Shown: positions 40,462-50,284 of the stretch, piece by piece
How positions within the stretch are numbered: the stretch's first letter is position 1
Layout of the letters: each line of letters opens with the position of its first letter
Origin: Fibrobacteria bacterium
GTDB lineage: Bacteria > Fibrobacterota > Fibrobacteria > UBA11236 > JADFYW01
Length of the DNA: 64,000 bases
Direction: 5' to 3'
Assembly (NCBI GenBank): GCA_050294405.1
Contig: JBNKOC010000012.1
Coordinates: 160,001 to 224,000, forward strand
Program-made: the position numbers and the translations under genes
Notes under the pieces: generated by a model
Database searches by the model: none
The model's input: only the letters and a program-made list of their open reading frames with translations
Told to the model about the DNA's origin: nothing

Positions 40462-41349
40462 TTAATTCGTTTGGCACAGCGGGCAATATACAGTTCCCCT
40501 TTGAGATACTTCAATTTTAATTAAAATGGAATTGCATTTGCGGCAAGGCTGTCCACCTCTACCATATACCATAAGGCGTTCCTGGTTTTTGCCTTTGCTG
40601 CCATCGGGTTTGCGGTAATCGGAAATACTGGTCCCATAGTTTTTTATGCCCTTTTTTAGCACTTTTTGAATGCTGGGAGCGAGTCGGGCAATTTGTCCCA
40701 AAGAAAGATCGCCACTGGGGACATCGGGCAAAATCCCGGCCATAAACAAAGCTTCGTCACAGTAAATATTTCCAACTCCGGCAATAACATGTTGGTCCAG
40801 CAATAGGCTTTTGATATTGCGAACTCCCACATGGGCTGATATTTTTTTTTGCAATTCCCTGGAAGAATGTTCTAAAGGCTCCAGTCCAAGTTTTTGTATC
40901 CTGGGATGAGCTTTCCAGCTGTCGTTATGGGTAAATATTATTTTGCCAAAAGTGCGCACATCTCTAAATAACATATGGCCACCTGAGCTGAATAGCAAAT
41001 GTAAATGAGTGTGTTTATCTACTGGATGGGGGCCTTTGGCTCGTTCCAAACCCGTAATGCTGCGATCAAACCCCGGACTTTTTTGGGGGAGGGATTCAAA
41101 AAAACTGAGTTGTCCTGTCATACCCAAATGGATAATCAAGGAGTCCTGACTCAATTGAAAAATCAGATATTTACCTCTTCTTCTCAGAGACAAAATTTTT
41201 TGATGTTTTAAGTTTTTAGCAAAATTATTTGTATTTGTGCCCTCTAAAATTCTTGGGAGGGTTAATTTAACGTTGCTAATGACCTGCCCCTCAATTTTAT
41301 TAGATAGTAGGGCCTGACGGATGGTTTCCACTTCGGGTAGTTCTGGCAT
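40462..41349 (-). CDS. mutM: Formamidopyrimidine-DNA glycosylase Fpg/MutM
   Basis: PELPEVET, RRGKYL, HLGMTG, GVGNIY.DE and a C-terminal zinc finger. Confidence 0.97.
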   Translation of the reverse strand: MPELPEVETIRQALLSNKIEGQVISNVKLTLPRILEGTNTNNFAKNLKHQKILSLRRRGKYLIFQLSQDSLIIHLGMTGQLSFFESLPQKSPGFDRSITGLERAKGPHPVDKHTHLHLLFSSGGHMLFRDVRTFGKIIFTHNDSWKAHPRIQKLGLEPLEHSSRELQKKISAHVGVRNIKSLLLDQHVIAGVGNIYCDEALFMAGILPDVPSGDLSLGQIARLAPSIQKVLKKGIKNYGTSISDYRKPDGSKGKNQERLMVYGRGGQPCRKCNSILIKIEVSQRGTVYCPLCQTN

Positions 41350-41401
41350 AGGGATAAAAATCTAGCATTTATTCCAAATTCTTGATACTTTTAAACTCTT
41401 G

Positions 41402-43240
41402 ATGGGAAAAGCGGCAGAAGGAATACGGAATATTTTGGAAAAATCCCCTAAAATTTTGGTGAAAACTCAGTTTTTGGATCTCGATTTACCCAATGGCTTT
41501 CCTCTTAAGCACGGGGGAAACTTAAAAGAAATTAAAGTGGCTTATGAAAGTTATGGAGAATTAAACTCCAATAAGGATAACGTCATATTTGTATGTACTC
41601 CATTAACCATGGATGCCCACGCAGCGGGTTGGCATTCGGAAGAGGACAAATACCCTGGTTGGTGGGACGAAATGATTGGTCCCAATAAAGCTTTAGATAC
41701 CAATAAATACCAGGTGATTGTCACCAATATGTTAGGAGGCTGCCAAGGTACAACCGGGCCAGCTTCCATTAATCCCGATACGGGTAAGCCCTACGGGTCT
41801 TCCTTTCCCCGGATTTCCATTGAAGATATTGTGGAGGTGCAATATCAATTTTTACGCCAATTGGGAATTGAATCCTTGGCCGCTGTAATTGGCGGTAGCC
41901 TGGGGGGAATGCAGGCATTGCAGTGGTCTGTGGCCCATCCCGACATCGTGGGTAAATGTATATGTGTTGCTGCCGCTCCCCATTTAAGTCCCCAAGCTTT
42001 AGGCTTTGAAATAGTGGGACGCTCTGTATTGCAAAACGATAAAAATTTTTCCGGGGGAGATTATTATTCCGGCGACAAACCGGACAAAGGATTAACATTT
42101 GCCCGCATGGTGGGGTTAATAACATATCTTTCCGCCGATTCCATGCACAGTAAATTTGGCCGCAAGCGCAGAGATGGTTATAACCCAAATGCCTTTGAAA
42201 CGGGTTATGAAGTGGAGAGTTACTTAAGTTACAATGGCCGAAAATTTTGCGAACGCTTTGATGCCAACTCCTACTTACATATTACCTATGCCATGGATAC
42301 CTTTGATTTGGAAGAGAGTTTTGGCTCTCTGGAAAAGGCCTTTGAAAACGTAAAATCTGAATTTTTAATTGTGGCTCTTTCTTCGGATTGGCTTTTCCCG
42401 CCGGAGCAATCCCGCGCCATGTGCCAGTCCTTATTAAAGCTGGGTAAAATTGCCTCTTTTCTGGAACTAAACTCTCCCTACGGCCATGATGCCTTTTTGC
42501 TGGAAGTGGGACATTTATCTCAGGTGATTCACGGTTTTCTCAATAAAAGCCACGATGGATTAATTATTCCTGAGGGGCAAAAAAAGTCGGAAAAGGCTGA
42601 GAAAATGGTTCCTGAAGAACCTGTATTGTACCAGTATTTTGATAGCAAACCGGTTATTGGAAATATGCTGGAGGCCAAAAGTCACATTCTGGATATTGGT
42701 TCTGGTAAAGGGGAGCTTATTGATTACCTGTACCAGGAAAAAGGAATTACAGGTTTTGGAGTGGAAATTAATCTGGAAAATACTATCAGTACTTTGGAAA
42801 AAAATGTCCCGGTAGTACATGGGGATGTGGATAACGGCCTTTCTCTGTTTGCTGACAATTCCTTTGATTACGCCATTTTAGATAGAACCATGCAAATGCT
42901 CAAACGGCCCGAATTTGTTCTGAAAGAAATTTTAAGAGTGGCTGAAAAGGGCATTATTGTTTTTCCCAACTTTGGAAATATTAAAAACAGGGTACATATT
43001 GCCCTAAATGGAGTGATGCCAACCACTGAGGGGCTTCCCTTTAATTGGTGGGAATCCCCCAATATTCATATGTTTACCTACAAAGATTTTTACCGTCTTT
43101 GCCGAAACCTCCATATTAAAGTCGAGGAGAGCCATGCCTTTGGCCGAGGAACCTTGAATCAGGGGCTGCTTTCTTTAAAATTAAAGAATTTAGGGGCGGA
43201 AATAGTGGTGGTGAAAATTTCTAGAGCTTCGGGTTTTTAA
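41402..43240 (+). CDS. metX: Homoserine O-acyltransferase MetX fused to a MetW-like methyltransferase domain
   Basis: GGC.GTTGP, GGSLGGMQAL, RFDANSY, GHDAFL; C-terminal LDIGSGKG, FPNFG, PNIH. Confidence 0.92.
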   Translation: MGKAAEGIRNILEKSPKILVKTQFLDLDLPNGFPLKHGGNLKEIKVAYESYGELNSNKDNVIFVCTPLTMDAHAAGWHSEEDKYPGWWDEMIGPNKALDTNKYQVIVTNMLGGCQGTTGPASINPDTGKPYGSSFPRISIEDIVEVQYQFLRQLGIESLAAVIGGSLGGMQALQWSVAHPDIVGKCICVAAAPHLSPQALGFEIVGRSVLQNDKNFSGGDYYSGDKPDKGLTFARMVGLITYLSADSMHSKFGRKRRDGYNPNAFETGYEVESYLSYNGRKFCERFDANSYLHITYAMDTFDLEESFGSLEKAFENVKSEFLIVALSSDWLFPPEQSRAMCQSLLKLGKIASFLELNSPYGHDAFLLEVGHLSQVIHGFLNKSHDGLIIPEGQKKSEKAEKMVPEEPVLYQYFDSKPVIGNMLEAKSHILDIGSGKGELIDYLYQEKGITGFGVEINLENTISTLEKNVPVVHGDVDNGLSLFADNSFDYAILDRTMQMLKRPEFVLKEILRVAEKGIIVFPNFGNIKNRVHIALNGVMPTTEGLPFNWWESPNIHMFTYKDFYRLCRNLHIKVEESHAFGRGTLNQGLLSLKLKNLGAEIVVVKISRASGF

Positions 43241-43353
43241 TCCGCAAACTGCTCTAGTAAATAACTCTGTCCGTAACGCTCTATTTGAGGGGTTTCCCTA
43301 AAAAAAGGATATTTTCTTATATTTTTTATCCTTATCAGGAGGGTAGAAAACTT

Positions 43354-44403
43354 ATGGCAACTGCGGCAAACAAGGGAGACTTTGTCTCCTCCATGGAAAA
43401 AAAAGTATTGTCCGGCGCTTCCATTGAATTTGATGAAGCTGTAGAGCTAATCCAGTTAACCGGGGCAGACCGATTGCAATTATTTGCCAGTGCCCATAGA
43501 ATTCGGGAGGCCTATTGCGGAAACGAAGTTCATTTGTGCGGCATTGTAAATGCAAAGAGCGGGGCTTGTTCTGAAAATTGCAACTTTTGCTCTCAGTCTG
43601 CAGCCCATGACACTAACATCCCCACATATAGTCTTTTGGATTCGGATTCCATATTAGAAGCTTCAGATACAGCCGCGAAAAATGGGGCCTCGGCTTTTGG
43701 TATTGTTACTGCCTGGCGTGGTATAAAAAAGGGCCGTGGATTAGACCAAATTTGCGAGGCTATTCAAAAAATTAAAAATGCCGGAAAAATTGTTCCCGAT
43801 TTAAGTTTAGGTCTTATTGAAGATCCTGATGTGGCCCAGGCCCTGGCAGATGCCGGTGCGGTGGAATACAACCATAACCTGGAAGCAGGCCCCTCTTTTT
43901 TTCCCAATATATGCACTACTCACAAGTTTGAAGACAGAGTTAAAACCATACAATATGTTAAGGCCGCGGGAATGAAAGTTTGCAGTGGCGGTATTTTTGG
44001 GTTGGGAGAAACTCCGGCTCAAAGAGTAGAGCTTGGTTTTGAATTGAAAAAGCTGGATGTTAAAACCACGCCTCTTAATTTTTACCATCACACCGAGGGA
44101 AATAATGTGGACTTGGCAAAATTGAAAAAGATCTCCCCTTTGGAGGCCCTGCAAATTGTAAGTGTGTTTCGTTTTATTCTTCCCGGAAACGTTTTAAAAA
44201 TTGCTGGGGGACGAGAGTCCACTTTAGGAGAGTTCCAAAGCATGATGTTTTTAACCGGGGCCAATAGCACCATGGTTGGGCATTATTTAACTACTTCTGG
44301 CAGGCAGCCAGCGGATGATTTGGCCCTTATCGAAGAAAGTGGCTTGGTTTTAAGCGAACATGGATGTTCTGTTCCCGAGGCCGAAGTGGTAATGGCAAAA
44401 TAA
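43354..44403 (+). CDS. bioB: Biotin synthase (radical SAM)
   Basis: NAKSG.CSENCNFCSQS, YNHNLE, CTTH, CSGGIFGLGE, AGGRE, GANS...G.YLTT; ATG at 43354 after AGGAGG. Confidence 0.9.
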   Translation: MATAANKGDFVSSMEKKVLSGASIEFDEAVELIQLTGADRLQLFASAHRIREAYCGNEVHLCGIVNAKSGACSENCNFCSQSAAHDTNIPTYSLLDSDSILEASDTAAKNGASAFGIVTAWRGIKKGRGLDQICEAIQKIKNAGKIVPDLSLGLIEDPDVAQALADAGAVEYNHNLEAGPSFFPNICTTHKFEDRVKTIQYVKAAGMKVCSGGIFGLGETPAQRVELGFELKKLDVKTTPLNFYHHTEGNNVDLAKLKKISPLEALQIVSVFRFILPGNVLKIAGGRESTLGEFQSMMFLTGANSTMVGHYLTTSGRQPADDLALIEESGLVLSEHGCSVPEAEVVMAK

Positions 44404-44405
44404 TT

Positions 44406-45032
44406 ATGATTGCTATTGTTGATTATGAGGCTGGAAATTTAACTTCGGTCCAACTAGCTCTGAATGAAATTGGCTTTCCGGGGGTAATTACTTCCGATAG
44501 GGAAATGATTTTAAACGCTGAGCGGGTGATTTTTCCTGGAGTCGGAGCGGCAGGTGCATGTATGTTTAACATACATATTCGCAATTTGCAAAATATTTTA
44601 AAAGAGTTTCTAGAAACCAAAAAACCATTTTTGGGGATTTGTGTAGGGGCCCAAATTGTTCTGGATTCCAGTTTGGAAAATGACAATACCTCCTGTTTGG
44701 GTTTTATAAGCGGCACCACAGGGAAGTTCGAGTCTACGCCTCAATTTCCCATTAAGGTTCCGCAAATTGGTTGGAACCAGGTAGAAGTGATTAAGGATAA
44801 CCCTTTGTTCACTAACATTCCTCAAAATTCAGATTTTTATTTTGTGCATAGCTACTACCCAATCCCCACAAATAAAGAGAATTGTTTTGCCAGTACCCAA
44901 TATGGCAATACCAAATTCACATCGGTTATTGGAAAAGAGAATTTATTAGCTTGCCAGTTTCACCCCGAAAAATCGGGCAAATACGGTTTGCAATTGCTTA
45001 AAAATTTTTGCGAATGGAATGGGAACTGGTAA
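44406..45032 (+). CDS. hisH: Imidazole glycerol phosphate synthase glutaminase subunit
   Basis: IVDY.AGNL.SV, PGVG, GICVG, FYFVHSY, QFHPEKSG. Confidence 0.96.
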   Translation: MIAIVDYEAGNLTSVQLALNEIGFPGVITSDREMILNAERVIFPGVGAAGACMFNIHIRNLQNILKEFLETKKPFLGICVGAQIVLDSSLENDNTSCLGFISGTTGKFESTPQFPIKVPQIGWNQVEVIKDNPLFTNIPQNSDFYFVHSYYPIPTNKENCFASTQYGNTKFTSVIGKENLLACQFHPEKSGKYGLQLLKNFCEWNGNW

Positions 45033-45033
45033 T

Positions 45034-45810
45034 ATGCTGACAAAAAGAGTTATTGTTTGCCTGGATGTTCGCAACAGAAAAGTCACCAAAGGCGTTCAAT
45101 TTAAAGGCAATGAAGATTTAGGCGATCCTGTGGAAATGGGCCAGCAGTATTATTTGGATGGCGTTGATGAATTGGTTTTTTACGATATTATGGCTTCTGC
45201 CGAAAAACGTCCTATAGACATTGAAATGGTTCGCGATGTGGCCAAAAATGTATTTATTCCCTTTTCGGTGGGAGGTGGTATTCGCAACTTAGAAGATATG
45301 CGACAGGTACTGCTTGCCGGCGCGGAAAAGGTGAGTCTTAATTCTTTGGCGGTTCAAAACCCCGGTATTATTGCCGAGGGAGCTAAAGCTTTTGGCAACC
45401 AATGTATTGTACTGGGAATGGATGTTAAAAAAGTAGATGTATCCTCTGAAATACCTTCGGGCTATGAAGTGTACATTCAAGGCGGACGCAAGCCCATGGG
45501 CCTGGATGCGCTTGGCTGGGCTAAAAAAGCAGTGGATTTGGGAGCAGGAGAAATTTGTTTAAATGCAATTGATACGGATGGTGTTAAAAAAGGCTATGAA
45601 CTCAATATCACTAAAATGATTTCAGAAGCCGTGGCTGTTCCTGTTATTGCTTCGGGAGGGGCTGGCGCACCTCGGCATTTGGCGGAAGTATTTGAGAAGG
45701 CTAATGCAGATGCCGCATTAATTGCTTCTATGGTTCATTATGGAACCTATAGCATTGCCCAAATCAAAGAGGAGTTAATAAACGCAAATATTCCAATCCG
45801 AAAAACTTAA
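45034..45810 (+). CDS. hisF: Imidazole glycerol phosphate synthase cyclase subunit
   Basis: RVIVCLDV, VGGGIR, AGAEKVS.NS, GAGEI, PVIASGGAG. Confidence 0.97.
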   Translation: MLTKRVIVCLDVRNRKVTKGVQFKGNEDLGDPVEMGQQYYLDGVDELVFYDIMASAEKRPIDIEMVRDVAKNVFIPFSVGGGIRNLEDMRQVLLAGAEKVSLNSLAVQNPGIIAEGAKAFGNQCIVLGMDVKKVDVSSEIPSGYEVYIQGGRKPMGLDALGWAKKAVDLGAGEICLNAIDTDGVKKGYELNITKMISEAVAVPVIASGGAGAPRHLAEVFEKANADAALIASMVHYGTYSIAQIKEELINANIPIRKT

Positions 45811-45833
45811 AATCGTTTGGCGCAGTTAATAAA

Positions 45834-45942
45834 GGGACCCCTAAAAATTGATGTTCGTGACATCAGACGAGGCGTCTGAAGAGGAACCGAAGCGGAACGC
45901 GAGCTTGAAGGAGCCAAGCGACGCCCCATTTTTAGAGGACCC
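45834..45942. mobile_element. MITE/REP-like 109-bp element
   Basis: Terminal inverted repeats GGGACCCCTAAAAAT (45834-45848) and ATTTTTAGAGGACCC (45928-45942), 13/15 match; internal hairpin TCAGACG-AGG-CGTCTGA; GC-richer than its flanks. Confidence 0.45.
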
Positions 45943-45943
45943 C

Positions 45944-45976
45944 AAAAAAAAGCCTCCCTTATGGGAGGCTTTTTTT
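45944..45976. terminator. Bidirectional Rho-independent terminator
   Basis: A8-GCCTCCC-TTAT-GGGAGGC-T7 between the convergent hisF and 45995..47728. Confidence 0.9.
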
Positions 45977-45994
45977 AGAATGCTTAAAGTTTTC

Positions 45995-47728
45995 TTAGAA
46001 TCCAGTAATTCTTTTTTGGCTCCCACCTTCGCTGGTGGTAAACTGAGCAATCAAGACTCCGCTATGTTTGGGAACTGCTAATCTGGCAGGACCTTCAATG
46101 GATTGGCCGGATATGAGTTTGCCGCTAATATCTCTGAAAGCGATTTCCACTTTAATTGCTTTTGTAAACTCAATGTAACCTGTGGAAAATTGAATCCCCA
46201 AATCTTTCGGCTTCCTAAAAGTAATACTGCTGGAAGGCGTTTTACAAGCAGCGGGGTTGTCAAATTCGGCGCCTTCGTCATATTCCCTAAAGCTAGGATC
46301 TTTACATCCTGAACGGGCAGGTTGTAAGTTGGGGTCTTCGCAATCACCGTTATAACCAATTCTGATAATTCCAGAGCAATCATCGGTGGTATACCAGGTA
46401 CCGCAGCTGTGTTGCAATACATATAAAGCACCATCGGGTCCCACCTGAAAATCGATAATTTTAGAAAAAGGATTGTTTTGGAAAAGGGTTACAGGATTTC
46501 CCTGAATACCACCGTTTTCTGTAACGGAAATGGCTCTAATCCAGTTTTGCTGAAAGTCGGATACCAACCATTTGTTATTGAAATGTGGGGGCAATTTACG
46601 AGAGGAAGAGTTGGAACCATCATAACGATAAATTGGGCCAGACATAGCGCAGGAGTGGGCGTAGTTGTAAGTGCCTGGAACCACCGGCATCAATTTTTCA
46701 ATGCTGCCTGATTGGTTGTCTGTGTTAGTGGGTGCGTTGGCAGGAATGCCTGCTCCCCAATAGGATTCATTCCCTGTTCCATAAGCTACATCAGGCATAT
46801 AATAGCTAACAGCAGCGTAGTAGGGCCAGCCCAAAAAGCCAGGTTCAGTAACTATGGTATGTTCCTCAGTCCAACGGCCCTGGTCTGTTTGGTTACCACT
46901 TTCTGTATCGGGTCCGCAGTCACCATACATAGCCCATTGGCGAACAGGGTCCAAAGTTAGGGTATAAGCGTTACGGGTGCCCATAGCATAAATTTCGCGT
47001 TTCATTTTATTTTCATCGCGGTATTCATCGGCAGTGGCATTGTCGCCTTGTCCTTCAAAATGAGCCGCAGCGAATTCCCAGAGGTTGCCATCAGGAATAG
47101 TATAACTTCCATCTGGTTCGGGGTGGATTCTTAAGATACCACCGCGCATATCAGCAGTACTGGCTGGGCCTTTTCTCATTTGTTCGTTGTCACCCACAGT
47201 GACCCAAAGGTTGCCATAATCGTCAAAACGCATGCTACCGGAGGTATGCCAGCGTCCGCGGGAACTGGGGATTTTAATCATAACCACTTCGTTACCCAAT
47301 TGACCGTTGTTAAGGGTTAAACGGGAAATACGATAGCCATCTTGTGTATGGCTATAATAAACATAGAGGTGGTTGTCTTCTTTAAAAGTAGGAGACAGAG
47401 CTATTCCAATAAGCCCATCTTCCTGTTTTCCATTATCCCAATGGGAATCTACGCTGCCAATTTCAGATATTGCGCCAGATCCACCATCGTATTTTTTAAT
47501 TTCGCCAGTTTGCTGAGTAAAATAAATGTCCACATTGCCATCATCCCGCGCTAAAAAGTCCATTTTAATGGGCTTGTTCAAGCTTTGGTCGGTTTCTTGA
47601 CTGATAATGTGGTCAAAGCTAAAGTTATTGTCCCTTGATCCAATTTCTGAACAACCATTGTATGTCAATTGTCCAAATGTCCATTGCGACAATAGCCCCA
47701 AAAAAGCCACAGTCCAAATTTTATTCAT
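45995..47728 (-). CDS. Secreted PQQ-dependent sugar dehydrogenase-like (GSDH) beta-propeller protein
   Basis: Signal peptide; EDGLIGIAL.P.F, H..G.MRFD..GNLW...GD, GGILRI.P, EIYA.G.RN, GWPY, GPDGALY; GCKDP motif and basic C-terminal tail. Confidence 0.85.
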   Translation of the reverse strand: MNKIWTVAFLGLLSQWTFGQLTYNGCSEIGSRDNNFSFDHIISQETDQSLNKPIKMDFLARDDGNVDIYFTQQTGEIKKYDGGSGAISEIGSVDSHWDNGKQEDGLIGIALSPTFKEDNHLYVYYSHTQDGYRISRLTLNNGQLGNEVVMIKIPSSRGRWHTSGSMRFDDYGNLWVTVGDNEQMRKGPASTADMRGGILRIHPEPDGSYTIPDGNLWEFAAAHFEGQGDNATADEYRDENKMKREIYAMGTRNAYTLTLDPVRQWAMYGDCGPDTESGNQTDQGRWTEEHTIVTEPGFLGWPYYAAVSYYMPDVAYGTGNESYWGAGIPANAPTNTDNQSGSIEKLMPVVPGTYNYAHSCAMSGPIYRYDGSNSSSRKLPPHFNNKWLVSDFQQNWIRAISVTENGGIQGNPVTLFQNNPFSKIIDFQVGPDGALYVLQHSCGTWYTTDDCSGIIRIGYNGDCEDPNLQPARSGCKDPSFREYDEGAEFDNPAACKTPSSSITFRKPKDLGIQFSTGYIEFTKAIKVEIAFRDISGKLISGQSIEGPARLAVPKHSGVLIAQFTTSEGGSQKRITGF

Positions 47729-47946
47729 TTCTTGCCTCCTGAAAAATCCAAAAGCCCGCCATTCGTGGTTTGGGTAAGTTTTGAATGCTGGCTTTTACTC
47801 CCCGTTACACCCGATACAAACCTATATAAAAATAGAGTTGTAGCATGGTTTTTCTTGTAATTTAGTGTCTAATAAATGTAAAAATTAGACATCGCTATAA
47901 TTTACAAAATATAGTCCTTCTATTGAATTAGCTTTTAAAAAAATAC

Positions 47947-48082
47947 AAAAAAAGGAAACCCTGAGGACCTGGGCATATCCTACAGGGTTTCCCGAGTAAA
48001 AGCTTCTGAAAATGGAGAGGATCTCCAGAAGCTAAGCTTACTTCTTGGCAGGAATTTGGACAGAAATTGCAGCTTTCCTACC
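47947..48082 (-). ncRNA. Candidate structured RNA (three hairpins ending in a terminator)
   Basis: Hairpins at 48047-48082, 48001-48033 and 47954-47992; the last is followed by U7 on the minus strand; no family recognised. Confidence 0.35.
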
Positions 48083-48212
48083 ATATTGGATTTATAGTAT
48101 ATTCTAGTTTCAATTTTGGGGATTACTTGTAATTATCTGCTCAATATTTTGAGATTTAGGACGCTTACTTTCCCTGGGAAAAATATCCAATTAGCCTTAT
48201 GAGGGATGCCCC

Positions 48213-50276
48213 TTGGGAGCCAGCCAAAAAAAAGCCGAAAATTTCTTTAAAAATGCCTTATTAGTGGCTTTTTCCCTTGTTTTCTTTTATGGCTTTCTGG
48301 AAATTGGCGCCCGTTTTTTGATCTCTCCCTTAGAAAAAAAAAATGAGGATCCTTATGTGGGTTTTTCCGGAGGACAGCCTCTTTTTGTAAAAAAAGACGG
48401 TCTGAACGGGGAGTTTTATACAACTTCTCCAGCCAAGTTGAAGTTCTTTAACTCTCAAATTTTTCCGCAAAAAAAAGCTCCCAATACTATTAGGATTTTT
48501 TCCCTGGGGGGCTCAACTACTTATGGCCGACCTTTCAGGAATAAAACTTCCTTTTCGGGGTGGACTCAAAATTATTTATCCCACATGCTGCCCCATAAAA
48601 AAATTGAAGTGGTGAATGCAGGTGGCATCAGTTATGCCAGTTATCGGGTGGCGGAGTTAATGAAGGAGCTAATAAATTACCAACCCGATGTATTTGTAGT
48701 GTATACGGGGCACAACGAGTTTTTGGAACAGAGGACTTATGGCTCCTTAAAACAATTGCCCAAATGGCTGTTACAGGGTGATGAAAAATTAATGTCTTCC
48801 AGATTGTATAGTCTTGTTAAAAATAAAGTCTCCGAATTAAAGTCAAAGGGCCATCGCAAAAACGAAAAAAAGGCTAAGCTTCAGGGGGAAGTGCAAACCA
48901 TTTTGGATAATTCCATTGGTCCCAGTTCCTATTTTCGTGACGATACTTTGGCAAATCGGATTGCCCAGCATTATGAGCTTTCCGTAATGAGGATGGTGGA
49001 ATTGGCCAAATCGGTTGGAGCAAAAATATTATTTGTGAATACCCCCTCCAATATTAAAGACTGTGCTCCTTTTAAATCACAAACATCGCCGGGATTAAGC
49101 ATTCAGGATTCCCTTAGGGCTTCCAAACTTATGGAAAAGGCATTGGAGAAGCAAAACATGGGAGAATATCCAGCGGCTGGAGAATTATTGGAAGAAGCTT
49201 TGCAGTTGGACTCCCGGAATGCGCAGTTGTTATATGCCTATGGGAAAAATTTTTTGGAGCTTGGAGAATTCCAAAGGGCCAAAGAATTTTTAATTCGCGC
49301 CCGGGATGAGGATGTTTGCCCGTTAAGGGCGACAAGCTCTTTATTGGAGAAGCAAAAACAGATTTTTACTAAATACAAATTGCCTTATGTTCCCTGGTTG
49401 GAAATCTTGGAAAGAAAAGCTTTGGAGGAAACCGGTAAAGAAATTCTGGGCGAAGAATATTTTTTGGACCATGTACATCTAACCATGGAAAGCCATCGGC
49501 AATTGGCTTTGGAAATTATTTCGAAAATGGAAGAGCTAAACTGGCTCCCTTCCTTGGCTGAATTGGATAGTACAAAACACAATCAAATTCGGGACTCTTT
49601 ATTGGCGACTATTGATAAAAGAGAAATGGCCTTATCTTTAAATAACTTGGCCAAAGTATACAATTGGGCGGGAAAAATTGAAGATGCTGTGGGCATCGCT
49701 AAAAAAGCCCTGGAAATGGATACCAGCAACATAGAAACGGCCCAGGGCGCCTTGTTGGTAGGCACCGATTTCCATCGAAAAGAGAGTTTTGATTCAGCTC
49801 TTTTTTATTACAATCTGACTTTGCAAAAAGATTCCAATAACATGGAAGCCCGGCGCTTTAAAGCGATGGCCCTTCAAGGCCAGGATAAAACAGAAAAGGC
49901 CATTGAGGCTTTCGAGTGGGTTTTGCAATACAATCCTCAAGATGTGGAAATTCGGGAACTTTTAGCCCGCAGTTATTTAAAACAGAATAATTTGCCTGAG
50001 GCGCAAAAACAGTATGAAACGTTACTTAAGCTATCCCCTAATAACATAAGCTGGCTGTATACATTCGGACGGATTTTATATAACAAAGGAGATTTATCGG
50101 GTGCTAAAGCGAGTTGGTCCCGTTTGCTTTCTTTAAACCCAAATCATCGAGGGGCGAAAGAAGGGCTAAGTCAAATTAATGGAAGCAAGGGGCGAAATCC
50201 TTTCCAGAGAAAATTAACACCGGCCCAGCAAAAAGCTTTGCAGAACCTAAAAAGGCAATTGGGAAAAGCGCCTTAG
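48213..50276 (+). CDS. Membrane-anchored SGNH/GDSL-like domain protein with TPR repeats
   Basis: N-terminal TM; LGGSTT, NAGG, GHNE and DHVH blocks; several TPR-like helices in the C-terminal half; start uncertain. Confidence 0.8.
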   Translation: MGASQKKAENFFKNALLVAFSLVFFYGFLEIGARFLISPLEKKNEDPYVGFSGGQPLFVKKDGLNGEFYTTSPAKLKFFNSQIFPQKKAPNTIRIFSLGGSTTYGRPFRNKTSFSGWTQNYLSHMLPHKKIEVVNAGGISYASYRVAELMKELINYQPDVFVVYTGHNEFLEQRTYGSLKQLPKWLLQGDEKLMSSRLYSLVKNKVSELKSKGHRKNEKKAKLQGEVQTILDNSIGPSSYFRDDTLANRIAQHYELSVMRMVELAKSVGAKILFVNTPSNIKDCAPFKSQTSPGLSIQDSLRASKLMEKALEKQNMGEYPAAGELLEEALQLDSRNAQLLYAYGKNFLELGEFQRAKEFLIRARDEDVCPLRATSSLLEKQKQIFTKYKLPYVPWLEILERKALEETGKEILGEEYFLDHVHLTMESHRQLALEIISKMEELNWLPSLAELDSTKHNQIRDSLLATIDKREMALSLNNLAKVYNWAGKIEDAVGIAKKALEMDTSNIETAQGALLVGTDFHRKESFDSALFYYNLTLQKDSNNMEARRFKAMALQGQDKTEKAIEAFEWVLQYNPQDVEIRELLARSYLKQNNLPEAQKQYETLLKLSPNNISWLYTFGRILYNKGDLSGAKASWSRLLSLNPNHRGAKEGLSQINGSKGRNPFQRKLTPAQQKALQNLKRQLGKAP

Positions 50277-50284
50277 AGATGGCC

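Noticed and set aside
45841..46081. Short ORFs on both strands after hisF
   Set aside because: They run through the inverted-repeat element and the bidirectional terminator
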